From Paludibacteraceae bacterium (GTDB lineage: Bacteria; Bacteroidota; Bacteroidia; Bacteroidales; Paludibacteraceae), in the NCBI GenBank assembly GCA_023227695.1, contig JALNVE010000002.1, forward strand, positions 13,767 to 77,766: 64,000 nucleotides of DNA, written 5' to 3'. Positions 62,326 to 64,000 of the stretch are shown in pieces (position 1 is the first letter of the stretch; each line of letters starts with the position of its first letter). Position numbers and translations under genes: made by a program. A model generated the notes under the pieces. The model saw only the letters and a list, made by a program, of their open reading frames with translations, was not told the DNA's origin and made no database searches.

Positions 62326-62739
62326 ATGTCTGTCAAAAAACTTACACGGGATTGGGGTTGCGGATCTTGTATCAGTGGTGATGAAATCCTGAAAGATCGG
62401 TTTCTTCGTGAAGCAAAGGGATATCTGAAGGATGTAGCTTCACGTCTGATAATTCTCGGTTGGGAAGCCAATTTAAAGTCCAGTGTCTACACCAACAGGG
62501 GAGGAATTGCAGTCAGCGGAGAAGCTACACTTGTGATGAAAAAGGACGGAAGTAATCTGTTTGTACAAATCAGTAGTTCCTGTATCGGCATGGTTAGCGG
62601 AAAACAGCATCCCAACAATGTCTATATCCTGCATCGTAAAAGCACGGCTGAAAAGGATATCTATGCCTGTAGAGGCGATAATAGGTATGCTGATACTCGA
62701 CTTGACAGCAAGGTCTTTGCAGAATTGATTGGGGAATAA
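62326..62739 (+). CDS. hypothetical protein
   Basis: ORF track. Confidence 0.45.
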   Translation: MSVKKLTRDWGCGSCISGDEILKDRFLREAKGYLKDVASRLIILGWEANLKSSVYTNRGGIAVSGEATLVMKKDGSNLFVQISSSCIGMVSGKQHPNNVYILHRKSTAEKDIYACRGDNRYADTRLDSKVFAELIGE

Positions 62740-62776
62740 CGGAAACCCTCTCTAAAAACACAGAAATTATTGAAGT

Positions 62777-62953
62777 ATGAAATACTTTTGGAGTACAGTT
62801 ATAGGAAGCGGATTCTTCGATTTTTGGGAAGCAATAAATGAAGACGATGTGAAGAAAAAGATCGTAAAGAAATATTGCGGCAAGGTTTTTGACTTCGGTG
62901 AAACGACAGAAAGTTCATACCGCCGATTTACAAAGGAAGAAAGAAATGATTAA
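62777..62953 (+). CDS. small hypothetical protein (58 aa)
   Basis: My translation is MKYFWSTVIGSGFFDFWEAINEDDVKKKIVKKYCGKVFDFGETTESSYRRFTKEERND*. It overlaps the next ATG and has a weak RBS. Confidence 0.3.
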   Translation: MKYFWSTVIGSGFFDFWEAINEDDVKKKIVKKYCGKVFDFGETTESSYRRFTKEERND

Positions 62954-63137
62954 GATTTTCGTGTGTATCCCTTTTCTTTTGGTTTTGACGGCAATTATCT
63001 TTTTAAAAGTCTTATCTAAGAGATATGGTTCCGAAAGATGTTCGAAAGAAGTAGAAATCCTATCTATGACTTTCTTACCTCTATCTGTTATGTTCGCCGT
63101 TATATTTTATATAATCATGAAGGAACAGGGACTGTAG
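62946..63137 (+). CDS. small two-TM membrane protein
   Basis: MIKIFVCIPFLLVLTAIIFLKVL...LSMTFLPLSVMFAVIFYIIM. I moved the start to ATG 62946. It ends in TAG. Confidence 0.4.
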   Translation: MIKIFVCIPFLLVLTAIIFLKVLSKRYGSERCSKEVEILSMTFLPLSVMFAVIFYIIMKEQGL

Positions 63138-63144
63138 AAAGGAA

Positions 63145-64000
63145 TTAGTACCCTATCGTCGTGAAACCATTCCAAGGATTTGTCCATCCTGTGGTTCCTA
63201 AACGATAATACAAAGTCGGTGTTGCCGTTCCAAAAACATCCGCAGTTCCTATCGTTGGAGCGTTTCCTTCAAAGAAACAGGCGGTAGGGAATGACAGATA
63301 ACAAGTTGCATCAGGGATATGAGATATTCCGCTTGAGAATCTTATGTTTTTCAATGTGTCTTCTCCCGTGAAGCAAGCTGTTCCGATGGAAGTTATGGAA
63401 TCAGGAATATAAACAGAAACGATATCATCTGTGTTCCCAAAGACATTTTCAGCAATTGCGATGACAGGTTTACTGTTAATAGTCGAAGGAATGATAACGA
63501 ATTCTTTTCCTAAACTATAATTAAATCCCGTAATGGTAATGTCGCTTCCGTTATCTGTATATACGAAATCTGTTGACGGATTGGGATTATCAAGATATCC
63601 CCAATAATATTCATTAGTAACTGTTCCGCCCAAATCATTATCTGCCTGAAGCCAAAAACATTGCGCTGTAGTACAAGTTCCTGTATTTTGAGGATACGTC
63701 CAAGATCCTGATCCTCCACCCGGGTAAAAACTTGCGATATCGCAGGTTCCGGTATTTGAAGAAGTCTCTTGAAAAATTCCGTGGTGACAGGTGCCGGAAT
63801 CCGCGTTTTGTGAAGAATAGTAAAATCTCGCTGTCGCTGAAACTGTACTGTAGTTTATTCCGTTATAGAATGAAGCGTTTTCGCAAGTCGCTGTTTGATC
63901 TTCTGTAATCCCGTTAAATGTTCCGTCATTAAAGACAGCAGAGACACAGGTTCCGAAATTGTAGGACTGTGCGGCATCTGACTGAAAAATCGCGGTTGTA
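63145..64000 (-). CDS. BspA-type leucine-rich-repeat surface-protein-like protein, 5' end beyond window
   Basis: The frame is open from the stop at 63145 to the window edge; the track start at 63633 is an internal TTG. The C-terminal part, IPSTINSKPVIAIAENVFGN...VYIPDSITSIGTACFTGEDTLKNIRFSSGISHIPDATC, is LRR_5/BspA-like. It ends FEGNAPTIG...TLYYRLGTTGWTNPWNGF. The upstream part has ~20-aa repeats built around GTC. Confidence 0.6.
   Translation of the reverse strand, partial: TTAIFQSDAAQSYNFGTCVSAVFNDGTFNGITEDQTATCENASFYNGINYSTVSATARFYYSSQNADSGTCHHGIFQETSSNTGTCDIASFYPGGGSGSWTYPQNTGTCTTAQCFWLQADNDLGGTVTNEYYWGYLDNPNPSTDFVYTDNGSDITITGFNYSLGKEFVIIPSTINSKPVIAIAENVFGNTDDIVSVYIPDSITSIGTACFTGEDTLKNIRFSSGISHIPDATCYLSFPTACFFEGNAPTIGTADVFGTATPTLYYRLGTTGWTNPWNGFTTIGY

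Noticed and set aside
1-64000. Whole-window TAG reassignment (genetic code 15), suggested by the CUA-anticodon tRNA
   Set aside because: At least ten ORFs here end in TAG. In the eight I followed past the TAG, the frame runs on for only 1-9 codons before a TAA or TGA. The long late genes (948, 718 and 598 aa) are intact under the standard code. Only the PTH2-like gene needs TAG readthrough. I therefore report a local suppressor and target pair rather than a recoded genome. The rest of the genome would need checking.
1-64000. CRISPR arrays, rRNA genes, integrase or transposase genes, reverse transcriptase or DGR elements
   Set aside because: On reading through the window I saw no regularly spaced direct repeats, no rRNA-like conserved blocks, and no ORF with integrase, DDE or RT motifs. 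The only mobile elements I can support are the homing-endonuclease genes.

Overview
This window looks like part of a low-GC tailed dsDNA phage genome, possibly a large gut or rumen type. It has two arms. Bases 1-32.8 kb are almost entirely minus strand. They carry packaging genes (large terminase plus a tandem ATPase-only paralog, and a putative portal), NusG-like and sigma-region-4-like regulators, a lysis region with a SleB-type hydrolase, and AAA+/vWA proteins. They also hold two secreted proteins, one with a gingipain (C25)-like domain. Bases 32.8-63.1 kb are almost entirely plus strand, and I found eleven TTGACA-N17-TAnnnT promoters there. This arm encodes an RNA-repair gene set (RlaP-type nucleotidyltransferase, AAA+/vWA proteins, DRB0094-type RNA ligase, RtcB, a PTH2-like hydrolase and one tRNA). 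It also encodes a glycan-synthesis cluster and a CoaB/CoaC pair in which CoaC is fused to an M23 peptidase domain. Four observations stand out. (1) The PTH2-like gene has an in-frame TAG and lies 28 nt upstream of a tRNA whose hand-folded anticodon is CUA (amber suppressor), yet TAG still ends many other ORFs here. (2) A 0.94-kb ORF-free, GC-enriched, hairpin-dense gap at 28224-29167 is a candidate large structured RNA. (3) Five homing-endonuclease-like genes have remodelled three host genes (the CCA-adding enzyme, rtcB and coaB), each time leaving a diverged duplicate stub of the target gene. (4) There are unusual duplications and fusions (TerL ATPase paralog, CoaC-M23, ferritin with an N-terminal extension). 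All family assignments come from motifs read by eye. No database search or folding program was run.
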